A DNA stretch of 64,000 nucleotides from Hamiltosporidium tvaerminnensis FI-OER-3-3 (Eukaryota; Fungi; Microsporidia), in assembly GCA_022605425.2 (NCBI GenBank), contig CM061246.1, forward strand, positions 372,001 to 436,000. The letters run 5' to 3'. Shown here one piece after another: positions 48,931 through 60,372 of this stretch. The notes beneath the pieces are model-generated. The model saw only the letters and a list, made by a program, of their open reading frames with translations. It was not told the origin of the DNA and did no database searches. The position numbers and the translations under genes are program-made. Within the stretch, counting starts at the first letter, position 1, and each line of letters starts with the position of its first letter.

Positions 48931-49146
48931 ATGAGTTATTTATACCCAATTATTAACCCCCAAATGAAAAATGATATGTTTCCTCAGAATGAATCACAGT
49001 CAACGACATATTTTACAGAAGAAAGTAGTGATTTTTTTACTAATGAAGATGATTTAGTTTATGATATAATATCCAAGCCTCATTTTATTTGTGAAATTGA
49101 GCCGGAAGAAGAAGAAGATTTTTTAGATCAAATTATAGATGAATAA
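48931..49146 (+). CDS. Small acidic hypothetical protein (60-71 aa)
   Basis: Strongly D/E-rich ORF. GGG precedes the ATG at 48931 and CCCCC precedes the ATG at 48964, as for real genes in this window. No family recognised. Confidence 0.5.
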   Translation: MSYLYPIINPQMKNDMFPQNESQSTTYFTEESSDFFTNEDDLVYDIISKPHFICEIEPEEEEDFLDQIIDE

Positions 49147-51849
49147 TATCATTCCTAAAAAATTTATTCAATTTAGATGTTTTGAATGTTTATTTTTTTT
49201 CATTCAATTTTGTATCTAAGTGTAAAATATTGTTTTATTAAATGTCTAAGTTATAAAAATATCTATAAAAAAATCATCGGTAAAATCATCCATATGAAGA
49301 TAGAAAAATTAGATTAATAAATAAATATACTGTTTGTTTCATTCAAATCTAAGACAATAGCAAAAATTGTGTACATTAAACATATTATTTTAATATTATG
49401 CCTAGTAAATCTTTCATTTGTTTTAATGGCAATTATTTTTTAACGTTTAAATTGATTTCGAAAATTCTACTGCACTTATAAAAATAATTCCGAGTGTATC
49501 GCAATCGAATGATAGAAAGTTTTTTAAGTAGATATTCCAAAGTTTATAAATAAAAAAATCAGTATTTTGTTGAACAATACTTTTTTTAATTTTATTCTGC
49601 CACATTAAATAATAAAGCTCGCACTAAAATATTTTTGAAATTTTTCTAATAATGTGTTTTTGACTTCCCAATAATTAAAATCCTCAGATAAAAGTAAGTT
49701 ATAATATGTTTTTAAAGAAGATAATGTTTTAATTCAGAATAAAATTTAATCTATTATAGCATATAAAAGTAAGGTTATGCCCATTTTAACATCAGATTTA
49801 TTTATTTATTAAAGAAAATATGAGCGCGTGACACCAATGTTAGCGGAATCAAAATATATAAAATGCAATGGTAATAAACAAATGACGTTGAATCAATGAT
49901 TATAAGTGAAGATACGGTATAAGACACAAGAAACATCTATAATCAAATTTCATGCATCCTTCACATTATACACAAAAAATGCATTCATTGCCAAATCAAA
50001 CAGGTATATTACAAAGAATTGTACACTTAATGTCATATGTTTACGCAATAAATACCTCTTTTTTCGGTTGAAGTATCTACAATCGAACTATTTCGAAACA
50101 AGCCTCAACTTTTAATCGAGTTATTGGTGAATAAACCCGGTGATTGACACTAAAGCAATACTCGATGTCGAAAAATCGAACAGCAGCAATTATTTTGAGC
50201 TTTTTTTTGCAGTAAAGACAAAATTTGAAAAATTTAGAGCGAATTGTCTGAACAACACTATAGGATCTACAAAAAAATTGTCTGCATTATTTCTTTCGAT
50301 ATGTAGAAAAAGCGAAATAAGGCAAAAAGAGGCCAATGAGAAAAAGCAATTGAAACTGTCCTGAGATTGTCATTTTTCTCACTATGTCATATTACTCGAC
50401 TGATATCTTATAGCAACTGGAGATAAGCATATGTATTTGAGTAAAAGTTACGACATCTCGGTGAGAAATCGTAAAATAGGACCAGATTTGAAGGCTTTTT
50501 GAAAAATTAACTAAAATATTCTCTTTGCCTTATGATGATGAATGGTTACATAAATGTAAATTATCATGTAGTTAGTTAATTAACGACACCGTGGCATTCC
50601 AATTCTTATATCTATACTATGACCGGGGAATGCATAAAAAAAGATTTTGATCTGAGAAGTAAAAAAACTTAAAAGGCAAAATTTTAAATTTTACTCCAAA
50701 AGATATATTTTTCAAATATCTCAGAGAAAAAAAATTTCCGGTTCTAAAACTAAAATTCAGTACAACTTTAACTTGATATAAACAAAAATGATTTTATTTA
50801 AGCTATAGTCAAGAAGAATAATTCTTTGAATGTCCGTAGAAAGAAAACTAAGCCGTTTGAAAGTGGAATAACTCTAAAAGAGAATCTAGGTCTTAATATA
50901 TTTATCGCTCGGCTTTATTATTAGTTATATGATTCTGCCAAATCAAAGCATTTGAATGATCGAGTTTCAATTGAAGCCTTTTGATCAAAAATATAGAGCC
51001 ATAAAAATAAAAAACACACATGATAAGTAGGTAATATTCTTGTAGCGGATACTTGTCCAACAATTTTTTTCATGCTTGATTAGTTTAAACATTTCCTAAG
51101 CCCAAGGCCGTGAAGGTAATGATTTTTATGATTCTTTATCTATTAAATCATTCTCTTACTAGATATGTTTGGGATTTGCTGGAAGTACTGGGCTTAAAAA
51201 TAGCACATTTAACTTATTGATTGTACAATCAGCTTTTATATCCTATTCAAAAAAATGCTTAATAGTCTCTGATTACAGCCAAAGCCTATGTTTTTAACCG
51301 TTAAATTACCGGGAAAATGTGTAAAAATGGTCTTATAGCTTGCAGTAGAAAGGCAGGTGGTAAGCGTACAATCTAATGGAGTATTCAAATAACTACAAGA
51401 AACAAAGAAGCAAGATTTCTAAATATCGCGGTCAAATATTTGAAAAGATTTGAGGTCGAAATAGATCGATGACGAAAAATATATTTTCTAATGTTAATGT
51501 ATATTTGATAAAAAAATTTAGATTCTGAATATTTCGTACCTGTATTTTGAAGTCTGTAAGGAAAATATATCGAAATAGAAAATTAATATATCTTTACGGC
51601 CTAAAAAATCAGCAAAAAAAATATTAGCAAAAAAATCGTTCTGAGAGATAGTACTTTTGCATTTGCTTTTTGTGTATGTAACTGTGGTCGCTCGCTCAGT
51701 GAGAATAAAAATAGAGACAGTATGCCGAATACAGGTTCCTATTTAGGAGTCTATTCGTTTCAAATTATTTTATGAAGCCGCTTGCGACATATGATGCTGC
51801 TCTAACCTCATTGACAACCGAAATCTAATGTATCGTGTCAAAATAGGCA

Positions 51850-53300
51850 TCAAATTAAGAGGAACGATTTAGAAACTAATAAGTGGTATAAAGAAGCCAT
51901 TAATTTCCTGTGAGATTTAGTGTTTACAAATAATTGGGAAGAAAAAAGGATTACAGGAGAAACCTAGCCTGTGGTTCATCTTTAGGGAAAAAGCAAAACT
52001 TTTCAAAAAGAATGGAAAATATTTTCACTACTAATTAAATCTAAAAATTATTTTACGAAATCGATTAAACATATTATTTTGTAAATCATGTATGACATGA
52101 ACTTACTTGATATGAATCAGCTGATTTCTTTGGGTTAGATGGTGTGGTCTCTCTTATCAATAAAAAAACGTTTAATCTAAAATCAGGGTGCGAGATGCAC
52201 TTATATCCTTCCGGGTCTAGACCTAAAAAGATTTTAATTGTTCGATTGCCAAATGAACGCATCCAATTGTAACTCTTAATTATGTGGAAAGTTATAAGGA
52301 AGTATTTACCAAAAAATGAGGCAATATTAAAGGTTGAAAATTGCAACAAAACACACATTGCGTAACAAAAAAGTTATCTAGGTAAATATAAGTTGAAAGG
52401 AAAAGCAGTAAAAAAGTTTATTGAAAACCCCTGCCTAGTTAAATTATTTAAAAGCGAGAAAAGTTCATTTCCTTTTATAATGCTACAGATAATGAGGCAG
52501 TAAATTTCATGATTTCTTAGAATAATTCAAGAAAGAAACCATAAAACCGCGTCAAGAAACATGTTTAACCCAGATTTAATGATGAGAATGTATTTCGAGG
52601 CACAAAAGAATGATCAAAATTTGAGAACTATAGAAAGCCGGGGATATGTTGCAACTATTATGGAAAAAATATTTGATAACGGTTATAATTGACACCACTA
52701 CGAGGAAGACGGCTATATATTCTTTTTTTTGCCCCTAATTTTAGCGTCGTTATGTTCAAATTATCCTTAAAAATGACCTCGGAAATAAGTGTAGACGTGT
52801 GGATACAATTGGTGTCAAAATCATAACCAAGAACTGAATTAATGTATCTTGGACAAGAATAAAAAAACATAAGTTGATTCGTATCGAAATTGCTCAACAA
52901 ATCTGATTTTTCCTTTGAAACAAAAATTTCCAAGACTCGTTTTGCACTTAAAAATATCTCGTATTTTTAATTGGATGTAGAGATCAATGCAAATATAATA
53001 TCTGATATAGTTAATAAACTAAGATCATGTAATACATGTTAAAAAGCTCTTTTTGACAACACTATAGACACTTATTCGATAATACTCAAAAAACCAAAAA
53101 AACCTCTTTTTTGATCCATGAAGATGTTTTAGGCAAGAAGAAACGTCTATTTTACTTGAAAAGAGTGCTGAGATGTCCTATATGAAGCAGAAAGATACCA
53201 AAATCCAACCGGGATTTAAAATATATCAGACCGACCAAGAATTTGTTAAAAAAACAAGTCATAAAATGAATAAATCCTTAAATTGGTATAAAATAATTGG
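51850..53300 (+). mobile_element. Highly decayed Ty3/gypsy pol remnant (RT-RNase H-integrase)
   Basis: Collinear relics: FFGL (~MPFGL, 52125), WIQL...MYLG (~RW...IxY..G, 52800-52850), DIVNKLRSCNTC (integrase Zn finger, ~53005-53040), IDTYS (~VDxFS) and ISD...EF. Many stops. Confidence 0.5.
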
Positions 53301-55008
53301 AGCAATCTCTTGACTTAAATTTAAGACATTCAAATAAAACATTGAAGTACATAAAAAAAGCAAGCAGAAAAAGGAGATGAAAATAATTTGTTTTTATTAT
53401 ATGGCTGTCTGTGCTCATATAATATTGTGAGGGTTATAAAGAAGGATATCGTATATTTTGTCAAAGAAAGTATGATAGCTAAAACAGCTTTGAAATATAA
53501 AATCCAAAGAAAAATGTAATTTAGAGAGATTTTATTGACAAATAATTTTTCATATAATAAATAGATAATCACCAATATTTTTTTTAAAAAAAAACAACAA
53601 AATACCCCATTACATCTATATTTAATCAATTTTACCTGAATAAACTACAAATAATATAAATTTTAAATTAAATTGCAAATATTTTATTTCGGGATATGAT
53701 TATAATAATAAATCAAACTAAACAAGATAATAGCATCATATATAATAAGAGTGAACATCAGAATGTAGATAAACGTTAATATCTCCAAGAATAATATTCG
53801 TCATGTCTTTTAAATACAAAAGTAAATTCAAACAAATCCCTTTAGAAACTACCCGGAAAAACGTGCAAATAAATATTTATATCTGAGCTAATTCCACTAA
53901 AACAACAATTTCTGTCACATTTACTACACATAGAAGTTATTTAAAATACACATTGAAAGTTTTTATTTTAATTTTTATGTAAATGTCTGGGCTATTATTT
54001 GAAGCCATTTCAATAATCATGTCTCTAGCAACTTCGAATTAAATTTGGCTAAGGTGTAGTACAATTTCCTTTGATTTTTTAACGGTAAATTTACTTGAGA
54101 TATTCAAAAGAAGACACATTTTTGAAGAAAATTTTTTATTAATTGTAAGGAATTATTTACTATATTTGGAAGAAAATATCACAATAAAGAATAAGATCTA
54201 ATAATGATTAATGCTCTAAAGAAATTGTCATTGATTGGGATTAAAATTGAGTTATTATTTAAAGTAAAGAATTTAGGGCATACCATTTTTTCGGTTTTAA
54301 TAAATTATGGTTTACTGAAAAAAATCTCAACACGAATTCGATTATTACATGGAATACAGCATTAAAAAAATACATTATAGGAATATTTTTATAGGTCTAA
54401 TTCATATTCATCAATATGTGTTTTTATAAATTTATCAAATAAATTGTTTGTTTTGCGCAAATTTTTCTAATTTTTTACGTTAAAAATTGAATATTACAAG
54501 CAATAATGTTGGTATTCATATACAGATAGAGAATTTTTATATACAAAAAAATTTTAAAATATTTATGAAAAATCGACCGAGAAAAAATGTGTTAAAAATT
54601 ACATTTTCAATGAATATATTAAATAATCTTAGAAATTACAAGGTGGCAAATTATTTCGGTAGAAATTAAATTTATATTTATTTTTTTTTCGAACGAACTT
54701 TTTTCCAGATAGCTAGATAAATATAATGGGTATACGATGATGTTAAGTGTTTAGATTTGCTTCTGTTGAAAAATTTCAAATATTAAGCGACAATTTTTTT
54801 TATTAAAAAAATAATAATTAAAATGGAAATTTGACTCAGTAATAGATTTTTATTTTTTAACGATTTTCTTTTTTTAGTCAAATATTTAATTTTAATAAAT
54901 AAAAGCAAATTTTTTAAAAAAAAAAGAATTCTAGTTTGTACAATAATTAAAAATCTAAATAACTTCAAGTATTTAAAAAACATTTTATATTATGAAATTC
55001 TTTTTTAC

Positions 55009-55563
55009 TTAATTATTGCTTTTGGCTTTTCTATACATTTCTTTTACTTTTTCTGCATATTCAATTTTTTCATTTCTTAATGATTTAGCTTTCTTCATTG
55101 CATTCAATTTAGATGCGTTTCGTATATTTTTTTTATCTGTTCTATTGTTTCTTTTGTCGTTTTTATTTTTATATTTCTTAAAAACCGGTGTAAAGGATTC
55201 AACTTCTTTAATATTTGCATTATAAGTAAATCCTTCTCGCACGGATTTAATACCAAATGCCTCGTAACATCCAGAACAGTTCTTAAATAATTCTCCATAT
55301 ATTTTAAACATTTCTATATTATAACTTTCCAAAAATATTTTAATTTCATTCAAATATATTACTTCAAATCCACTGTTCATCAACAAATCTATAAGATTCG
55401 ACATTTTTTGATCGCATATTTTTATATCCCATTCCTTACACAAAAACATATAAATATTATTTATTTCGGTTTGATTCATTTTATTTTCATTAAAATACTC
55501 CAAAACAAGAGTTATATTCTTAGTAGTGACTTTATCTTCTTTACAGATTGATTCTAATTTCAT
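55009..55563 (-). CDS. Basic protein resembling the C-terminal region of nucleolar protein NOP14
   Basis: The C-terminus FTPVF...KKNIRNASKLNAMKKAKSLRNEKIEYAEKVKEMY resembles the Nop14 tail (Px[FY]...KEIRKDAKF.A......YxxKM). CCCC lies directly upstream of the ATG. Confidence 0.5.
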   Translation of the reverse strand: MKLESICKEDKVTTKNITLVLEYFNENKMNQTEINNIYMFLCKEWDIKICDQKMSNLIDLLMNSGFEVIYLNEIKIFLESYNIEMFKIYGELFKNCSGCYEAFGIKSVREGFTYNANIKEVESFTPVFKKYKNKNDKRNNRTDKKNIRNASKLNAMKKAKSLRNEKIEYAEKVKEMYRKAKSNN

Positions 55564-55605
55564 TGGGGAATTATTTTATATTTTTTTAAAAAACCATCCA
55601 TTTTA
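55564..55605. promoter_or_regulatory. 42-bp bidirectional promoter between divergent genes
   Basis: An A/T core flanked by GGGG (CCCC on the minus strand) next to one ATG and CCATCC next to the other. Confidence 0.65.
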
Positions 55606-56382
55606 ATGGAAAAAATCAAAGAACAAGACGCAGTTATTTTATATTTTTCTAAATCTTACCAGAAACAAATTATAATTGAAACAAATTCTCAAACGCAGAC
55701 ACATATCGGTGTCATATATCATAATGATCTAATAAACCAACCGTTCAATATTTCTTTACAACTGAAAAATACAACAGTACGAATATTAAAACCAAATATA
55801 TCTTTATTTATTTCTACATTAAAAAGAAAAACACAAATACTGTTTGAAGCTGACATATCACTTATTATATATTTTTTAAATATAAAAAAATCTAGTTCAG
55901 TATTGGAATGTGGAACTGGAAGTGGTGCTTTAACATATTCTATAAGTCAACAAATTGGAGAAGAAGGAGTAATACATACATACGAAGTAGATTTAAATAG
56001 GTATGAACATATGCTTAAAGAAATAGAATATTTTCCATTTAAAAATATAAAAATTACTAACTGTGATATTATTACCTGTGATAAATTGCCAAATGTTGAT
56101 TGCATATTTTTAGATATTCCAAATCCTTGGATAATTATAGAAAAATGTCACAAAGCTTTGTTTCAAACTGGTCGTATTTGTGTTTTTATTCCTTCTTTTG
56201 ATCAAGCACAGAAAGTTATAGAAAAAGTAAAATTATATTTCAATGAAATAAAAATGTATGAAAATGTTAAAAGAGAATACACACCCTGTGTTATTGAAGT
56301 AGAAAATAATATAAAAAGAGGTTATGGTGCAGTAAATATGCAATACCAGCATACAGGTTATTTAATATTTGGAAGTAAATAA
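55606..56382 (+). CDS. TRM61: tRNA (adenine-58-N1)-methyltransferase catalytic subunit
   Basis: RKTQIL, VLECGTGSGALT, FLDIPNPW, PSFDQ and HTGYL motifs of GCD14/TRM61. Confidence 0.93.
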   Translation: MEKIKEQDAVILYFSKSYQKQIIIETNSQTQTHIGVIYHNDLINQPFNISLQLKNTTVRILKPNISLFISTLKRKTQILFEADISLIIYFLNIKKSSSVLECGTGSGALTYSISQQIGEEGVIHTYEVDLNRYEHMLKEIEYFPFKNIKITNCDIITCDKLPNVDCIFLDIPNPWIIIEKCHKALFQTGRICVFIPSFDQAQKVIEKVKLYFNEIKMYENVKREYTPCVIEVENNIKRGYGAVNMQYQHTGYLIFGSK

Positions 56383-57334
56383 TTTTTTTAACTTTAAAAT
56401 TATATGTATTAATACGTTTTTAATTCACTGTTAGTTACTCAATATTTTATATCTTCTCAATTCAAAAAATATTTAATTTGTCTTTATTTAATAAAAGCCT
56501 GGATTTGTTTCTCATTTGATCATTTGGATTCCAGTATTCCCTTAATTAACGTTTGTATTTTGAAACGATTGTATTTTATCTCTAAAAATTCAATTTTATA
56601 ATAAAAAAATTTGTGTTTATTTGCTGATGGTTTTTTTCTTTTGGTTTCTATGTGTAAAAATGGTACATTTTGTTTTTTTATTATTTAAGCTTTCCATTAC
56701 TTTTATTGAACGAGCTATCAGCTAATTTCTTTATCTGAGATACTTCTCGACATTGATTTTGATTCAGTTATGTCTAATTTCACTCTCCATTCGAAATTGT
56801 TTCGACTGTCTTTTTGAATAAATTTCGATCTTTGATATACAAAAAAACAATATATAATGTATCATAACTTACTTTTTTATTTTCAAGCATTAAATAACCT
56901 AACTGGTCTATTTCAATTTATTACTTTTATATTAGCTTTAACTGCTAAATTTTGTTACTATCCTGTATTTTGGTTGAGTCTTTGAACCATGTATATTTTA
57001 TAGCTTCAAAACGACTGGGATTTATTATAAAATATGATAAAGGTTTAATATTGGTGTAAGGTGTGATTCATTACCATTTTCCACATTTAAGTCGTGGTCT
57101 TCCATTTGATATTTCTTTATTTCATTACAGACAATAGAAAAGTTGCAAAAGCGTATACTTGCTTTGAAACTAGAACGGTGTACAAGTCTCGATCTAAAAA
57201 TATATCATTAAAATAAAATTATTATTCAAACAGAAGACAAATTACAGATTTTTTTTAAGAAAAACTTTAAATTTAAAATTAGCTGAAATGTTTATTGTAA
57301 AAACTAGAAATAATAATTCAATTTATAAAACATT

Positions 57335-57721
57335 TCATTCTTCAGATTCAGACAAAGAATCATCACTAGTTTCTATATCTTCACATTCTGCTTCATTCTT
57401 TGATTTGATTTCATTATAAATAATAGACTTTCCTTCTATATTTTCTGTATATATTTCTACTAAACACACTGCCATATTAAAACAAGATGAGAATTCTGTG
57501 TCTACATTGTTCTTACATAGGAAATCATTTAAATATTCAGCTATGTCTTCGGTAACTTCATTTTTTTTAAATTTTTTAGAATTTAAAGATAAAAAAAATT
57601 GTAAAAGTACTTTTTCGACATCTAAGACACTCTCTTCTTTTATATAATTTTTTACTAACTTCATAACAGTCCATTTTCTTAGCGATACAGAAATTTTTTC
57701 TGCTAAAACGTTACTATTCAT
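57335..57721 (-). CDS. TSR2: Pre-rRNA-processing protein TSR2-like
   Basis: LRKWTVMKL (~LxxWxAL), EDIAEYLNDFL...VDTEFSSCFNMAVCLVEIY (~ELExxL...EDxSxxxVAxxLxxLY) and an acidic tail. Confidence 0.7.
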   Translation of the reverse strand: MNSNVLAEKISVSLRKWTVMKLVKNYIKEESVLDVEKVLLQFFLSLNSKKFKKNEVTEDIAEYLNDFLCKNNVDTEFSSCFNMAVCLVEIYTENIEGKSIIYNEIKSKNEAECEDIETSDDSLSESEE

Positions 57722-57779
57722 TTTGAAGGTGTCTTCATTTTTTAAAAAAATTTTATGATTTTATGATTTTGTGAAGGGA

Positions 57780-57925
57780 TTATAGTAGTTAAATAGGCAG
57801 AAGAAAATATAAAAAGTGAAAAATATTCGTAACCCAGAAATTTATTGTTTTTAATTAGATTTCATGAGAAATTTATGGTAGTTAAATAGACAGAAGAAAA
57901 TATAAAAAACGTGAAAAATATTTGG
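57780..57925. repeat. Short direct duplication (~45 bp, spaced ~93 bp) in the TSR2-LSM7 intergenic region
   Basis: TAT(A/G)GTAGTTAAATAG(G/A)CAGAAGAAAATATAAAAA...GTGAAAAATATT occurs at ~57781 and ~57874. Confidence 0.8.
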
Positions 57926-57982
57926 TTTAGCCATAAATTTTTAAATAAAATTCTTTATGATTTTATTCTCAAAGTACCCATA

Positions 57983-58219
57983 ATGGCAAATAATGCTAAA
58001 AAACGCGAACTTATTTATGATTTACAAAAATATTTAAATAAGAATATTTTTGTTAAATTTATAGGTGGAAGAGAAATAATAGGTAGACTTACAAGTTATG
58101 ATGATTCACAAAATTTAGTTTTAGAAGAACCAGATAAAAGAAATAATGAATGGTTTTATAATTCAAGAGTCGTTTGTCTAGGAAATTCAATTATTTCGAT
58201 ATCTCTTATATCACAATAA
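57983..58219 (+). CDS. LSM7: U6 snRNA-associated Sm-like protein LSm7
   Basis: KKRELIYDLQKYLNKNIFVKFIGGREIIGRLTSYDDSQNLVLEE matches the LSm7 Sm1 motif. The ATG at 57983 is preceded by ACCC and was chosen over the track start at 57911. Confidence 0.85.
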   Translation: MANNAKKRELIYDLQKYLNKNIFVKFIGGREIIGRLTSYDDSQNLVLEEPDKRNNEWFYNSRVVCLGNSIISISLISQ

Positions 58220-58675
58220 TTATTTAATAAATATTTATTTCAACTAACTTTTCTTTTGTAAAAATAATGATCAGGATGATTATTTAGTAAATTTTATAGT
58301 TTGTTTTAATTCTGTAAATTTTTTTTATTTAAATCGTTTTACTCAATTTTTTAGTTAATATTTGTTTTTAGCAGTTAAATTTTTTAACAACATAATTGGG
58401 AAATAAACATTTATATTGACTTTTAAATATTAAAAAAAGAAAATTAAATTCTGTTTTTAATTGTCGCCTGAAATAAATAATTTGTTTCGCTGAAATAGAT
58501 TCATTCATAAACCCCAAAAGAATATTTGGATTTTAAAATATTATATCTTTCTTTGTTATATTTACATCCAAAAACCATACTTATAATATATTTAAAAGCC
58601 ATTTCATTTTTTGATTAAATTACTATCTCCTGTAAATACTTAATAATAGAAATTCAGTTTAAAATATTTTTTTCT

Positions 58676-59770
58676 TTAAAATTTTATTTTTCTTTCGGAT
58701 TTGCTTTTAGTTTTCTTTGAAATCATAGGTTCTTTTTTTTCTTCTTTAGTAGATATTAAATCTTTAGTGATTTCCAGTGGTTTGATTTCCTCAACTTTTG
58801 GTTCTGATATTGAATCTGTTTCAAAGTCTGACATTCTAAGCTCATATTGTTCTTCACTTTCAGAATCATTTTGTTGTGTATCTGATATTGTTTCTTCATT
58901 ATTCAGATCTTGGTTTTTATTATTTGTTTCCTCAAATATATTACTCGGAATAGTAAAATTGATATTCATTAGTTCTTCATAGCCTTCTAATGGTTGTCCC
59001 CATCCGGTTGGTTGAAAACCCCAAGAAGATCCGATTGGAATCTGAGCATTTACACCTGGTATTTTTATATCAGAATAAGATGGTGGTAGGCCATATTTTT
59101 GCATATTAAATATCCAAGGTGGCGGTAGTGTTTTATCAATTCCCAAAACATTCATTAAATTTTTACTGATTCGACCCGGAACATTTAATTTGATTTTCTT
59201 TTCCATTTCAATTCCTGGTCTAAACAATTCTCCAAATCTTAAATATTCAATTTCATTTGGATGTTTAAAAAAGCAATCATAAAGTTTTTGATACTCTACA
59301 AAACATTTTCCAGTTTTTGGATATAACTTTTCTCGCAATTTAGCTTTGAAACTCATATTATCTTCTTTGTTTCTAATACTTTTTCGCATATCAACTAAAC
59401 CCGTTTCTAAAATATTTTGTGGAATCACATATTTCTTTTTATTTATACATTTTTTAACATTTAAAAATGACTTTTTATTTTTCCAGTATTTTGGAACTGG
59501 AACTGTGTTTTCTAATCCTTTTATATAATTTAGATATATCGGATCTTCATACGTTACATCTTCAAAGTCGAGAAGTAATGGATAGGGTACTATTGGTTTA
59601 TAAAAATTGTATTTCATTTGTATTATTTTTTGTTTTCTTGCTTTTTTATTCTCTTTTTGTACTTTTTTTTGCTTAGATTCTACTTGTTTATTTAAAATTA
59701 TATTTCTATTCTTTTCTATAATTTCTTTGTATTCTTGTTCTATATTAGTATCGATTTCTTTGTTATTCAT
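58676..59770 (-). CDS. SF3B2: Splicing factor 3B subunit 2 (SAP145/Cus1)
   Basis: NTVPVPKYW, YQKLYDCFFK, and the PSP domain PGRISKNL...PPPWIFNMQKYGLPPSY...IPGVNAQIP...WGFQPTGWGQP. Confidence 0.95.
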   Translation of the reverse strand: MNNKEIDTNIEQEYKEIIEKNRNIILNKQVESKQKKVQKENKKARKQKIIQMKYNFYKPIVPYPLLLDFEDVTYEDPIYLNYIKGLENTVPVPKYWKNKKSFLNVKKCINKKKYVIPQNILETGLVDMRKSIRNKEDNMSFKAKLREKLYPKTGKCFVEYQKLYDCFFKHPNEIEYLRFGELFRPGIEMEKKIKLNVPGRISKNLMNVLGIDKTLPPPWIFNMQKYGLPPSYSDIKIPGVNAQIPIGSSWGFQPTGWGQPLEGYEELMNINFTIPSNIFEETNNKNQDLNNEETISDTQQNDSESEEQYELRMSDFETDSISEPKVEEIKPLEITKDLISTKEEKKEPMISKKTKSKSERKIKF

Positions 59771-60271
59771 ACAGAGATACGTATGAACGGTGGGGAAGAA
59801 TAAAAATATTTAAAGCTGTATGAAATATTTTTTGTAAAATTCAACGGAAATAAAATTTGAATTTTAAATAAAATGTGACACTCGAAAAGACATGAAATCT
59901 CTTTTACAAATAGACAACAAAATAGCAAGTATTGAGTGTTCTATGTGTTTACATAAGCAGATCGTGAAACTGCTTTTTCTTTCTTGATACGTTTTATCTT
60001 TGATGTATTAAAATATAATATACTATACATATACGTGAATTCTTCTAAATCAATAATTTTTAATTTTTTTTTCAATTGAGATAAATATTTCTTTGTTTGA
60101 GTACAGGCGAACTCAAAAAGTTTGTATAAATATTTATAATAATAATAAATGATACGAGAAATGTCTAAAAGGTTTTTTTCTTGAAATTAAATATTTAATA
60201 TTTTCGTTTCATAAGTTCTATTGGCTTTAATAAAAAAATAATCTATTGTGTCGTCTAAATACTACTTGTTT

Positions 60272-60372
60272 TCCACCATGCAGGGAGCAGAGTTGGCTTG
60301 GTGTATCCTCTGCTTGTCGTAAGATGCAACTAAAAGGAACCAGTCCTCCAAAATGGCATATAATCTTGTACA
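60272..60372 (+). mobile_element. Isolated 5' structured module of the RTE-derived element
   Basis: CCACCATGC...AGCAGAGTTGG...CTCTGCTTGTCGTAAG..CAACTAAAA.GAACCAGTCCTCCAA is collinear with 31181-31259. Confidence 0.7.

Noticed and set aside
48100-50650. Possible piggyBac- and MULE-like relics
   Set aside because: The motif hints (DNMVSAY, TTPWHS) are too weak.
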